This document shows, piece after piece, positions 14,957 to 24,499 of a stretch of DNA of 32,000 bases. Made by a program: the position numbers and the translations under genes. The stretch comes from an uncultured Kingella sp. (GTDB taxonomy: Bacteria > Pseudomonadota > Gammaproteobacteria > Burkholderiales > Neisseriaceae), in assembly GCA_963551505.1 (NCBI GenBank), contig CAUVGV010000001.1:10704-42703 (forward strand). The letters are read 5' to 3'. Position 1 is the first letter of the stretch, and the number at the start of each line of letters is the position of its first letter. The notes beneath the pieces were generated by a model that was given only the letters and a program-made list of their open reading frames with translations, searched no databases and was not told where the DNA came from.

Positions 14957-17671
14957 ATGTCAAACGAGTTAGCTATATCGGTCGCGATTGGTGCGGTTTT
15001 GCGTTCTGGTTTTACGGCGGTATTTGGGCGCGCGCGTGATGCTTCGCGTGGCTTGGGTAGAGAAATTGACAATGTGCGCCGCCGACAAGAACGATTGGGC
15101 GCAGCAATGGCGCGTGCGGTTGCTCACCCTGCGCGGAACTTGGGGCAACTTAACCGCTTGTATGTTCGCATGGGCACGGCAATCAATAACGCTACTCGGG
15201 CGCAGGAGCGGTTAAATAATGCGATTGCGCGGCAAGATGCAGCGCGGTTGCACCGCCGCGAGTTACGCAGTCAAATGGGCGAAACCGCAGGTCATGCTAT
15301 GGTGCTGGGTGCGCCTGTTGCAGCGGCAGTTCGCACATTTACGAGACAGGAAGATGCGGAAACAGAGCTAAAAATTACCATGATGAACAAAGATGGGGGC
15401 TTTGGCTTATTTGAGGAAGTTCGTAAAGGTGCTGCTGAACTGGGGGCGCAGTTGCCCGGTACGACAACAGAGTTTTACAACTTGGCAAAGGCATTGAAAT
15501 CGCAAGGCATCTCCGACCAAATGCTGGCAAACGGCGGTTTGCGAACATCGGCAGAGCTAAATGTGTTGATGAATATGGATCAGCAAGGCGGCGGTGAATT
15601 TTTTGCCAAGATGATTGAAGCACGCGGCTTGAAAGAAAGCGAGTTCAGTCAGGCGGCAGATTTGACCCAACGCGCATATTTTGCTTTTGGTTTAAAAAAG
15701 GAAGATATGTTTGAAAGCATGAAATACAGCTCGGCAAATGCGCGAATTTTGAATTTAACAGGCTTGGAAAACTATAAAAAACTGTTGGCGATTGAAGGTG
15801 CAGGGGCGCAGATTGGTTTGGAGGGCAGCCAGTTTGGTACGAATTTTTCCATGATGCTCACCCAACTGGCGCAAGGACCGATAGCCATAAAACAAGCCAA
15901 AAAAGGCATGAAAATAGAAGCCAAAGCCTATATGGAAGAAGCGGGCGTTTCGTTTGAGTTTTTTGATAAAAAGGGCAAGTTCAAAGGCTTGGATGCGATG
16001 ATAGGCGAAATAGAAAAGCTCAATATCATCAAAGAAAAGCTGGGCGAGGAAAAAGCCAGCATTGTGGCAGATGAGTTTTTTGGTACGCAAGCCAGCCGTG
16101 CCGCTATGGCAATTGCACTTAAAGGGCGAGCGGGCATACAAGCAAATATAGAATTGATGCAGCAGCAGGCGGATATGCAGGCACGTATCAAGCTGAAAAC
16201 TGCCACATTGAGTGCGGCATTGGAAAGTTTGGGCGGCGTGGCAGAAGCAACTGCCGCCACGTTTGGCAGCATATTTGCCGATGATATTAAAGCCTTTGCT
16301 GCCGTTGCCAACCGCTTTTTGGAAAATACTTTGCAGCCTTGGCTGGCTCAAAATAAAGGCTTGATTAAAAGCGTATTGGGTGTATTAGGTGGGTTTTTTG
16401 CCGCCAAAATGGGGGCGTTGGCATTGTCTTATGGCATCAGCATGGCTTTGATGCCGCTTCGCGCTATGGTGGTGGGCGTGAACAAAGTAGCTGCGGTGTG
16501 GCGCATGGCGCAGTTGATTATGCTGGGCGGCTCGCGCGCTTTGGTTACGGCTTTGCGATTGGTGGGGTTTTCAGCGCGTAGCGCAGCTGGGGTTGCTCGG
16601 TTTTTTTCAGGCAGCCTGCGCCTGCTCGGCTCGGGCTTGGGCTGGGTGCTGCGCGGCTTTACGGCGCTGACGGGCTATGTGCCGATTTTAATACGGGGTT
16701 TTGCTAGCTTGGGCGGTAAGCTGATTTTGGGTTCACTGAATTTAATCACACGGGCATGGGGCGTGTTTATGCAGGTTGGGCGCGTTGTAATTGGTTTTTT
16801 GCCCGCAATCGCCAATGCTTTTATGGCACTAGGGCGTTTTTTATTGATGACCCCAATTGGTATTGCGCTTACATTGATGGCAACCGCCGCTTATCTACTC
16901 TACACGCGCTGGGACGGCGTGGTCGGTGGGGCGAAATTGCTGTGGCAGGATTTGTGCAATGTAGTGGGTACGGTGGCTAATGCGATTACAGGCTTTTTTG
17001 CCAACGCGTGGGCAAACGTGCAAAGCGCGTTTAACGGCGGCTTGTCGGGCATCCTGGCATTGATTGCCAACTGGTCGCCGCTGGGCGTGTTTTATCAGGC
17101 GTTTGCCGCTGTGATGAGCTGGTTTGGCGTTACCCTGCCCGCGCAGTTTACAGGCTTCGGCGGTATGCTGATTGACGGCTTGGTCAACGGTATTCAGGCT
17201 GCCGCAGGACGCGTGATGGCGGCGATTCAGAACTTGGCGCAGCGGGCTAAAAACGCCTTTGCCAGCGTGATGGACATCCATTCCCCCAGCCGTGTGTTCC
17301 GTGCGTTCGGCGGCTATATCACGCAAGGCTTGGCGATTGGTGTGAACCAAGGTGCTGATTTGCCGGTAAACCGTGTCGCGCAGTTGGCGGGCAGCCTGAA
17401 AAACCGTTTTGCCGAACGCATGGGCGGTTTCCGCAGCGATTTGTCGGCGCGGCTGTCCGCCGGCGCGGAAGGTTTGCGCCAAGCGCGAAGCGAGCGGCAG
17501 GCGCAGCAGCAGGGCGCGGGCAGCGGCAGCATGGTGGTGCATTTTTCGCCCACCATTAACGCCGCGGGCGGCAATCGGCAAGAAATTGAAACGGCGTTGC
17601 AAATGGGGCTGCGAGAATTTGAACAACTGTTCCGCCGCATGATGGCGGAGCGCGAGCGGAGAGCGTATTGA
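14957..17671 (+). CDS. Tail tape measure protein
   Basis: 904 aa with a helical N-terminal part and a long hydrophobic Gly/Ala/Leu-rich central region. Canonical position after the chaperones. Confidence 0.9.
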   Translation: MSNELAISVAIGAVLRSGFTAVFGRARDASRGLGREIDNVRRRQERLGAAMARAVAHPARNLGQLNRLYVRMGTAINNATRAQERLNNAIARQDAARLHRRELRSQMGETAGHAMVLGAPVAAAVRTFTRQEDAETELKITMMNKDGGFGLFEEVRKGAAELGAQLPGTTTEFYNLAKALKSQGISDQMLANGGLRTSAELNVLMNMDQQGGGEFFAKMIEARGLKESEFSQAADLTQRAYFAFGLKKEDMFESMKYSSANARILNLTGLENYKKLLAIEGAGAQIGLEGSQFGTNFSMMLTQLAQGPIAIKQAKKGMKIEAKAYMEEAGVSFEFFDKKGKFKGLDAMIGEIEKLNIIKEKLGEEKASIVADEFFGTQASRAAMAIALKGRAGIQANIELMQQQADMQARIKLKTATLSAALESLGGVAEATAATFGSIFADDIKAFAAVANRFLENTLQPWLAQNKGLIKSVLGVLGGFFAAKMGALALSYGISMALMPLRAMVVGVNKVAAVWRMAQLIMLGGSRALVTALRLVGFSARSAAGVARFFSGSLRLLGSGLGWVLRGFTALTGYVPILIRGFASLGGKLILGSLNLITRAWGVFMQVGRVVIGFLPAIANAFMALGRFLLMTPIGIALTLMATAAYLLYTRWDGVVGGAKLLWQDLCNVVGTVANAITGFFANAWANVQSAFNGGLSGILALIANWSPLGVFYQAFAAVMSWFGVTLPAQFTGFGGMLIDGLVNGIQAAAGRVMAAIQNLAQRAKNAFASVMDIHSPSRVFRAFGGYITQGLAIGVNQGADLPVNRVAQLAGSLKNRFAERMGGFRSDLSARLSAGAEGLRQARSERQAQQQGAGSGSMVVHFSPTINAAGGNRQEIETALQMGLREFEQLFRRMMAERERRAY

Positions 17672-18570
17672 TGTTTGCACAACTGGGCGATGTAACGTTT
17701 GAGCTGCTGGGCAGCTTTGCCAGCTTGGAGGAAACCCACGCGGCGCAGTTTGCCCAGCATGATGTGCTGGCGGGGCGACCGCGTTTGCAAGCGATGGGCA
17801 ATGCGCTGACCGAGCTGCGGTTTAGCCTAAAACTGCATTGGAAGCTGGGCGATGTGGATGCGGCGTATCACGGGCTAATTGCCGCCAAAGAGGCTCAGCA
17901 GGCGGTGTCGCTGGTTTACGGCACGGGGCGGTTTGTCGGCTGGTTTGTGATTGAGCGGCTCACGGCGCGCACCTTGCAGATGGATAAAAACGGACGTACC
18001 GCCGCGCGGGAAATAGACGTAGAACTAAAAGAATTTGTCGGCGACCCGAACAACCCGCTGCCTGCGCCTGCGGTGGTTGCGGGCGAACAAAACCCGCTGC
18101 TGGCAATGCTGCCTGAAAGTATGCAAAACGCGCTGAATCCCATTGCGGAAAAAATCGGCACGGCGGTCAAAATCTATCGCGCGGTGGAAGACGACATCGG
18201 CGCAATGCAAAACCTGATTCAGGCGGCGCGGGAGATTAAAAACGACCCCGCAGGCGTGTTGAACTTGGTGGGCGATGTGCTGGGCGTGGCGGGCGGCGCG
18301 CTTGACCATTTAAACGGGCTGCCTGAAATCGTGCAGAGCTTGGACGATTTGGCGGGCGCGGCGCAGTTTGCCGCCCAAGCGGCGCAGGCGGCGCAGCAGA
18401 TGGGCAGCGCGGTGGGCGAATTTCGCGCGGGGATAGAGAGCGGCAGCGTGGGCGGCTGGTTTGGCGCGGGCGTTGCCGCGCTGGATGCGGCGGCAGATGG
18501 TTTGGGCAACGGCGCGGCGGCGGTGCAAACGCTGACCGCCTTTGTGGCGGCAAGGAGAGACGGCGCATGA
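17671..18570 (+). CDS. P2 gpU-like tail protein with a C-terminal Ala/Gly-rich extension
   Basis: The N-terminal segment FAQLGDVTFELL...GRPRLQAMGNALTELRFSLKLH...GRFVGWFVIERL follows the GpU pattern. TGATG overlap with the tape measure stop. Confidence 0.7.
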   Translation: MFAQLGDVTFELLGSFASLEETHAAQFAQHDVLAGRPRLQAMGNALTELRFSLKLHWKLGDVDAAYHGLIAAKEAQQAVSLVYGTGRFVGWFVIERLTARTLQMDKNGRTAAREIDVELKEFVGDPNNPLPAPAVVAGEQNPLLAMLPESMQNALNPIAEKIGTAVKIYRAVEDDIGAMQNLIQAAREIKNDPAGVLNLVGDVLGVAGGALDHLNGLPEIVQSLDDLAGAAQFAAQAAQAAQQMGSAVGEFRAGIESGSVGGWFGAGVAALDAAADGLGNGAAAVQTLTAFVAARRDGA

Positions 18571-18794
18571 GCATCAACGGCATTTTGGTTTACACCACGC
18601 AGGACGGCGACCGCTGGGACACCATCGCCCACAAGCATTACGGCAACGCGCTGGCGATTAACCGCCTGATTGCCGCCAACCCGCATCTGCCGCTTGCCGA
18701 GCAGTTTGCCAGCGGCTTGACCGTGTTTGTGCCTGTGGTGCGGCAGAGCGAAACGCAGCGGCAGGATTTGCTGCCGCCGTGGTTTGAAAATTAA
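18567..18794 (+). CDS. P2 gpX-like tail protein X (LysM-like)
   Basis: 75 aa, YTTQDGDRWDTIAHKHYGNALAINRLIAANPHLP. ATGA overlap with the upstream gene. Confidence 0.8.
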   Translation: MSINGILVYTTQDGDRWDTIAHKHYGNALAINRLIAANPHLPLAEQFASGLTVFVPVVRQSETQRQDLLPPWFEN

Positions 18795-18812
18795 CAGATT
18801 GGAGCGCACACC

Positions 18813-19943
18813 ATGTTAGACAGCCTATTAGACCGCCTTTCAGGCAGCCTGAAAAAACCTTTGCCCGCGCCGCCGCCCACATCGCACCCTGTTACCCGCC
18901 CTAACTTTGTGCTGACCTACGAGCAAAAAGACATCACCGCCAGCGTAGAGCCGTATTTGCTGTCGTTTAGCTACACCGATTATTTGGGCGAGCAGTCCGA
19001 TGAGCTGCAGCTGCACTTTGAAGATGTGGACGGACGCTGGCTGCGCACATGGTTTCCCGAGCAGGGCGACAAATTAAGCATCGGCTGCGGCGACCAGTTT
19101 ACAGGCTTAATCAACTGGGGCAGCTTTGAGCTGGCGGAGATTGAGTGGCAGCGCAATATGCAGGGCGGCGATGTGGTATCGCTCAAAGCCTTGTCCACAG
19201 GCATCCGCCGCGCCAACCGCACCTTGCAGCCCAAAGCCTACGAAAACATGATGCTCTCGGATATTGTCAAAATCATCGCCGCACGGCTGAAACTCACGGT
19301 TTCAGGCAGCATCAAGCCCATCAAAATCCAACGCATCACGCAGTATCAAGAGCGCGACGTGGAATTTCTCACCCGCTTGGCGCGGCAGTATGGGCACACG
19401 TTTAAGATTGTGGACAAAAAACTGGTGTTTACCCGCAACGATGCGCTCTCGCAGCAGGAAGCGGTGCTGGTGATGCAGCCTGAAAACCTGCTCTCCATCC
19501 GCATCCGCGACCTGATTAAAGGCGCGCCCGACAAGGCTGTGATTACGGGCTACGATGCGAAAAAGAAACGCGCCATCCGCGCCGAGCGCAAAACCAAACC
19601 GCTGCGCCCCAAAGCCCGCCGCAAAACATCCGCCGACACGCTTAAAATCACGCAGAGCAAGGGCGAGAGCCAAGCCGAAACCAACGCCCGCGCCGATGCT
19701 GCGCTGCAAGACGCGCAAGAGGAACGCTGCGCGGGCAATATCACGCTGTTTGGCAATGCGCTGTTGGTGGCGGGGCAAGTGATTGAATTGCAGCGCATCG
19801 GCAAATTCAGCGGCAGATATTTGGTCAAACAGGCGCGGCACGATTACAGCCAATCGCGCGGCTACATTACCGATTTGGAAATCAAAATGGTTGAATACAT
19901 TGCAGAAGAAAGTGAAAACGATGCGCCCCCAGCCCACCCATAA
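18813..19943 (+). CDS. P2 gpD-like late control / baseplate hub protein
   Basis: 376 aa. The segment FVLTYEQKDITASVEPYLLSFSYTDYLGEQSDELQLHFED is the typical Phage_GPD N-terminus. Confidence 0.85.
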   Translation: MLDSLLDRLSGSLKKPLPAPPPTSHPVTRPNFVLTYEQKDITASVEPYLLSFSYTDYLGEQSDELQLHFEDVDGRWLRTWFPEQGDKLSIGCGDQFTGLINWGSFELAEIEWQRNMQGGDVVSLKALSTGIRRANRTLQPKAYENMMLSDIVKIIAARLKLTVSGSIKPIKIQRITQYQERDVEFLTRLARQYGHTFKIVDKKLVFTRNDALSQQEAVLVMQPENLLSIRIRDLIKGAPDKAVITGYDAKKKRAIRAERKTKPLRPKARRKTSADTLKITQSKGESQAETNARADAALQDAQEERCAGNITLFGNALLVAGQVIELQRIGKFSGRYLVKQARHDYSQSRGYITDLEIKMVEYIAEESENDAPPAHP

Positions 19944-20499
19944 TTTTGCCGCCACCTTGCAGTTTGGCACCGTCGCCGCCGTGGACGCGGCAAAGCACAG
20001 CCTGCGCGTTACCCTGCCCGCGCTGGAAAACCTGCAAACCGACTGGCTGCCGATGATTACCCCCGCCGCGCTGGGCAACCAGTTTTACAGCCTGCCCGAT
20101 GTCGGCACGCTGGTGGTGTGCCTGCTGGACGCGCAGGGCGAAGGCGGCGCGGTGCTGGGCGCAATCTACAACGACGCCGACCCCGCGCCCGCCAGCAATG
20201 CCGATTTGCACGTTTTGCAGTACGGCAACGGCACGCGTATTGAGCACGACCGCAGCACGGGCAATGTGCTGGTTAAAACCAGTGGCAAAGTGTTGGTGCA
20301 GGCGGGCGAGGTTACCATTGACGCGCCCGAAACCACGACCACAGGCAATTTGCTGGTGCAAGGCAGTTTGACCTACCAAGGCGGTATGACGGGCAGCGGC
20401 GGTGCGGGCGCGGCGGCGCAAATTAACGGCAGTATCAATGTTACAGGCAATATTGATGCGGGCGGGGAGATTACGGGGGCGAAGCTGAACGAGCGGTAA
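19921..20499 (+). CDS. Baseplate assembly protein V / central spike (gpV-like)
   Basis: Internal ATG at 19921. The segment FGTVAAVDAAKHSLRVTLPALENLQTDWLPM is the gpV OB-fold pattern, followed by a C-terminal Gly-rich beta-helix-like tail. Confidence 0.85.
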   Translation: MRPQPTHNFAATLQFGTVAAVDAAKHSLRVTLPALENLQTDWLPMITPAALGNQFYSLPDVGTLVVCLLDAQGEGGAVLGAIYNDADPAPASNADLHVLQYGNGTRIEHDRSTGNVLVKTSGKVLVQAGEVTIDAPETTTTGNLLVQGSLTYQGGMTGSGGAGAAAQINGSINVTGNIDAGGEITGAKLNER

Positions 20500-20560
20500 A
20501 GAAAAATCGCCCCATCTGTTCCAATTCACAAAACAGCCGACACCAATACATTATCAAACA

Positions 20561-20606
20561 GCCGCGCAAAATTCCTGACGTCAGGAACTTTGCGCGGCAT
20601 TTTTTA
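20561..20606 (+). terminator. Strong intrinsic terminator after gpV (38-bp near-perfect palindrome plus T-run)
   Basis: GCCGCGCAAAATTCCTGAC / GTCAGGAACTTTGCGCGGC gives 19-bp arms with 1 mismatch, followed by ATTTTTT. The core TTCCTGACGTCAGGAA lies at 20572-20587. Confidence 0.75.
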
Positions 20607-20646
20607 ATCCGCATTAAAAGCCCCACGCAGCCTGAAACCCTATCAT
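20601..20646 (+). promoter_or_regulatory. Late promoter 3 (baseplate/fibre operon)
   Basis: TTTTTAATCCGCATTAAAAG at 20601-20620. TATCAT at 20641-20646 lies 23 nt after the second TTAA. A DUS core (20625-20636) sits in the spacer. The first gene starts at 20653. Confidence 0.55.
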
Positions 20647-20652
20647 CGCCGC

Positions 20653-21027
20653 ATGACTACCCCCACCCCACGTTCCCAACACTGGCAGCTCGTCCCCGAC
20701 GGCGCAGGCATCACGCAGGGCGCGGACGATATTGATTTGTGCATCCGCCATATTTTGTCCACGCGCAAGGGCAGCGATGTGTTGCGCCCTGATTTTGGCT
20801 CCAACCATTTTGATTATTTGGACACGCCCGAAGATGTGTTCCGCCCCAATGCGGTGCGCGAAATCGTGCTGGCGGTGCAGACTTGGGAAAAACGCGCGGT
20901 GGTGGAGCGCGTGCTGTTTGACGGCAGCGCGCCGCACATCAGCATCAAGGTGGTATGGCGCATTGCCGACGGTTTGGGCGGCGCATTGCTGTCTAGCCCC
21001 GTTTACACCACAGGATTAAGCACATGA
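20653..21027 (+). CDS. Baseplate wedge protein gpW (T4 gp25-like)
   Basis: 124 aa. The segment DIDLCIRHILSTRKGSDVLRPDFGS is the typical GPW_gp25 motif. Confidence 0.85.
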   Translation: MTTPTPRSQHWQLVPDGAGITQGADDIDLCIRHILSTRKGSDVLRPDFGSNHFDYLDTPEDVFRPNAVREIVLAVQTWEKRAVVERVLFDGSAPHISIKVVWRIADGLGGALLSSPVYTTGLST

Positions 21028-22163
21028 ACCCTGCCGAATTAAGCCGCGAAGCCGTCAAGATTGTGGACGACAGCCCCGATACGGTACTCGCCGAGATGGT
21101 TGCCGATTACGAGCAGCGCACAGGCAAAACCTTGCAGCCCGCCCATATTGAACGGCTGCTGATTAACACTTTTGCCTACCGCGAGACCCTGCTGCGCGCG
21201 CAGATTAACGAGAGTTTCCGCCAGCAGCACCCGCGCTTTGCCACGGGGCTGATGCTGGATCTGTGCGGCGACGATGTGAACACGCCGCGCCTGAATGCGT
21301 CTGCCGCGCGTTGCACGATTCGTTTTCAGGCTGCCGATTTTCACAGCGAAGTGAACATTCCCGTGGGCACATTGGTGGGCGCGGGCGATGTGCTGTTTGC
21401 CACCATTGAGCAGGGGCAGCTGACCGCAGGGCAGTCTGAAACCGCGCTGCTAGCAGAGTGCACGACTACGGGCACGCGCGGCAATGGCTGGTCAGTCGGG
21501 CAAATCAATGCGCTGCAAACCCCGCTGGCGGGCGCGGCGCAAATCAGCGCAGCCAATATCAGCGTGCCGACAGGCGGCGCGGAAGTGGAAAGCGACGAAG
21601 CCTACCGCGAGCGTGTGCTGCTTGCGCCTGAAAGTTTCAGCGTGGCGGGCAGCGTGGGCGCATACCAATACTGGGCGCGGGCGGTGTCGCCTGCGATTTG
21701 CGATGTGCACGTTGCCAACGCCACCGATAACGCGGGTAACCCCATCGGCGGCACGGTGGCGGTAACCGTGCTCACCAAGACAGGCGCACCTACCGCTGAG
21801 CTGATTAGCCAAGTGCAGCGTGAGCTGTCGGGCGAAAGCAAACGCCCGCTGTGCGACACGGTGCTGGTTTACGCCCCCAAAGTGGTGGACTACACCGTAA
21901 ACGCCGATTTGGTGCTGTTTACCGGCGCAAACGCCGCCGAAACCAAAGCCGCTGCCGAAGCTGCATGGGCAGCGTTTGAAGCCGCGCGACGGCAGAAGCT
22001 CGGGCGCGACATTGTGCCGCTGGATATTTCAGGCTACCTGAAAGTAGCGGGCGTTTATAACGTGATTCTGCACTCGCCTGCCCACACCATTATCAAGCCC
22101 GACCAATGGGCGCGCTGTGTTGCGCTGAATCTGCGCGTGTTGCCTGAACAACAGGACGGCTAA
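21024..22163 (+). CDS. Baseplate protein gpJ-like
   Basis: 379 aa. ATGA overlap with gpW. Canonical W-J-I order. Confidence 0.8.
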   Translation: MNPAELSREAVKIVDDSPDTVLAEMVADYEQRTGKTLQPAHIERLLINTFAYRETLLRAQINESFRQQHPRFATGLMLDLCGDDVNTPRLNASAARCTIRFQAADFHSEVNIPVGTLVGAGDVLFATIEQGQLTAGQSETALLAECTTTGTRGNGWSVGQINALQTPLAGAAQISAANISVPTGGAEVESDEAYRERVLLAPESFSVAGSVGAYQYWARAVSPAICDVHVANATDNAGNPIGGTVAVTVLTKTGAPTAELISQVQRELSGESKRPLCDTVLVYAPKVVDYTVNADLVLFTGANAAETKAAAEAAWAAFEAARRQKLGRDIVPLDISGYLKVAGVYNVILHSPAHTIIKPDQWARCVALNLRVLPEQQDG

Positions 22164-22164
22164 C

Positions 22165-22740
22165 ATGAAATTGAGCTACGCCCAAATTATAGAACGCGAC
22201 CAGCGTTACAAAATCCTTGCCGATTTAGGCTTGCGGCTGTCGCTGCTGGACACGCCCAAGCTGATGCCGCGCTTGGTGGATTTGCTCGCCCCCGAGCATC
22301 TGATTTTGCTGGCAGAAAGCCGCAGCATCTTGAACGAAGACGGCTACTGGCTCGCCGAGAGCGACAGCGCACGCCGCCGTTTGATTAAAGGCGCGTATGA
22401 GCTGCACCGCAAAAAAGGCACACCGTGGGCAATCCGCGAGATTGTGCGGCGGCTGGGCTTCGGGCAGGTGGAGCTGATTGAGCGCATGGGCAATAAAACC
22501 CATAACGGCGAAATCAGGCGCGACGGCACATACAGCCACGGGCACAGCGACCGCTGGGCGCACTACCGCATCATCATGAACGCACCGATTACCAACGACC
22601 AAGCCGCCCTGCTGCGGCGCACGCTGGCTGCCTTTGCCCCCGCCCGCTGCGTACTCGCCGCGCTGGATTACCAAACCGCTAGCCTGCGCCACAACGGGCA
22701 AGCCACACGCGATGGCGCGTTTAACCGTGGCACGGCGTAG
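22165..22740 (+). CDS. Baseplate / tail protein gpI-like
   Basis: 191 aa. The segment LLAESRSILNEDGYWLAESDSARRRLIKGAYELHRKKGTPWAIRE follows the P2 gpI family pattern. Confidence 0.8.
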   Translation: MKLSYAQIIERDQRYKILADLGLRLSLLDTPKLMPRLVDLLAPEHLILLAESRSILNEDGYWLAESDSARRRLIKGAYELHRKKGTPWAIREIVRRLGFGQVELIERMGNKTHNGEIRRDGTYSHGHSDRWAHYRIIMNAPITNDQAALLRRTLAAFAPARCVLAALDYQTASLRHNGQATRDGAFNRGTA

Positions 22741-22778
22741 GCAGCCTGAAAACCCAACCCAACACACAAGGAAAAGCA

Positions 22779-23735
22779 ATGGCAAACCTAAAAGAAACCG
22801 CCCAATGGGAAGAAGGTATCTACCAATGGGAAACCACCGACCCCGTGCTGGGCGGCGAAAACGGCGTAGACAACAAACCCACGCGCCAGCTTGCCAACCG
22901 CACCGTTTGGCTAAAACAAGAATTGGAAGCCGCGCAGCAAAGCCTAGCCAACCGCTTGATAAGCGCAGGCGCAGGGCTAACGGGCGGCGGCAATCTTTCC
23001 GCTGACCGCAGCATTGCGCTGGCTACGCCGTCCATGCTGTCAGGCAGCACCGCCAACTGGGCGGGCAATGGCGCGGTGGGGCATACGCATGAACTCGCCG
23101 CTGCCACGGCAACACTGGCGGGCGTGGTCAAGCTGATTAACACGCTCAACAGCACCGCCACCGATGCCGCACTATCTGCCGCGCAAGGCAAAGCCTTGAA
23201 CGATGCTATTGCCCAATTAAACACGCTGCTCACAGGTTACACCGCCAACAGTTTCTGCCCCAGCGGCATGGTGATGACCTTTGCAGGCGATTTTGCCCCC
23301 GCAGGCTGGCTTAAAGCCAACGGCGCGGCGGTGTCGCGCACTGCCTATGCCAAGTTGTTTGCCGCGATTGGCACGCGCTTTGGTGCGGGCGATGGTTATT
23401 CCACTTTTAACCTGCCCGATTTGCGCGGCGAGTTTGCGCGCTTTTGGGACGATGGGCGCGGTGTGGATGCGGGACGCGGATTGGGAACTTGGCAGAATGA
23501 TGCGGTGCAAAACTGGGAAGCGGTGTTTACCTATCAGCGCGCGCAAGTGCATGGCGTTGAAAAACGCGAAGGTGCTTTTATGCTGGAATCGGAACATGAC
23601 AGAGGTACGGCGCTCGAAGGCAGCAGCTGGGCAACTTCGCATGCGCATATCGGTCCATCGGTAAACAACGCCGCCCGCACTGCACCTGAAACCCGCCCCC
23701 GCAATATCGCGTTGTTGGCGTGCATCAAAATTTAA
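22779..23735 (+). CDS. Tail fibre protein with a C-terminal phage tail-collar domain
   Basis: The N-terminus ETAQWEEGIYQWETTDPVLGG...NKPTRQLANRTVWLK is P2 gpH-like. The C-terminus GWLKANGAAVSRTAYAKLFAAIGTRFGAGDGYSTFNLPDLRGEFAR is the collar motif. Confidence 0.85.
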   Translation: MANLKETAQWEEGIYQWETTDPVLGGENGVDNKPTRQLANRTVWLKQELEAAQQSLANRLISAGAGLTGGGNLSADRSIALATPSMLSGSTANWAGNGAVGHTHELAAATATLAGVVKLINTLNSTATDAALSAAQGKALNDAIAQLNTLLTGYTANSFCPSGMVMTFAGDFAPAGWLKANGAAVSRTAYAKLFAAIGTRFGAGDGYSTFNLPDLRGEFARFWDDGRGVDAGRGLGTWQNDAVQNWEAVFTYQRAQVHGVEKREGAFMLESEHDRGTALEGSSWATSHAHIGPSVNNAARTAPETRPRNIALLACIKI

Positions 23736-23752
23736 TCTGAAAGGATAAAACG

Positions 23753-24499
23753 ATGAGTGATTTACCCCAAAGCAAACCCGTATGCCAATTAGATGCAGAG
23801 GGCTTTTACCTTTGCCAAACCGTTGCCGATGCCGACCCGATGCAGCCTGAAAACTGGTTAATCCCTGCGGGCTGCGTGGAAACCGAACCGCCCGAAGTCA
23901 AACCCGAGCAGGCGGCAAAATGGCAGCCTGAAAGCAAAAAATGGGCATATCTGCCCGACCATCGCGGCAAAACCGCCTACCGCACCGACAATGGGCAGCC
24001 TGAAACGGTGCAAACGGTGGGCGAATTGCCCGCGCATTTAACCCTAATCGCCCCGCCCAGCGAACTGCATCAATGGAATGGCAAAGCATGGGCATTAAGC
24101 AAAGAAGCCGCAGCAGCCGTTAAAGCCGAGCAGCAGGCAGAAATGTGGGAGCGCATCAAAGCCAAACGCGCCCAATCCTGCCACGCAGGCATTTACATTA
24201 AATCGCTAAAAAAATGGCTACACAGCGATGCCGACAGCCGCCAGCAATACACGTTTTTACGCACACTGGATAAGCTGCCTGAAAACCTAATGTGGAAAAC
24301 GGTGGATAACAGCTTTGTGCCGATGACCCGCGAGCTGCTGGACGAGTTGAGCTTAAAACTGATTGCCGATGAGCAGCACGATTTTCAAAACGCCGAGCGG
24401 CATAAAGCCGCCATGCTAAAAGCCGAAAACCCGTTGGACTACGATTATTCAGACGGTTGGAGCGCAGCTGAGTTAATGAAGGAGGCAAGCAATGGATAA
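23753..24499 (+). CDS. Tail fibre assembly chaperone
   Basis: Follows the fibre gene. The segment HQWNGKAWALSKEAAAAVKAEQQAEMWERIKAKR is typical of the tail fibre assembly family. Confidence 0.7.
   Translation: MSDLPQSKPVCQLDAEGFYLCQTVADADPMQPENWLIPAGCVETEPPEVKPEQAAKWQPESKKWAYLPDHRGKTAYRTDNGQPETVQTVGELPAHLTLIAPPSELHQWNGKAWALSKEAAAAVKAEQQAEMWERIKAKRAQSCHAGIYIKSLKKWLHSDADSRQQYTFLRTLDKLPENLMWKTVDNSFVPMTRELLDELSLKLIADEQHDFQNAERHKAAMLKAENPLDYDYSDGWSAAELMKEASNG

Noticed and set aside
22031-22042. AGGCTACCTGAA, a 12-mer matching what I recall as the Eikenella-type DUS dialect, might indicate foreign origin.
   Set aside because: It is a single copy, one mismatch from the resident dialect, inside the gpJ coding sequence. 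That is insufficient evidence for anything beyond a point variant.
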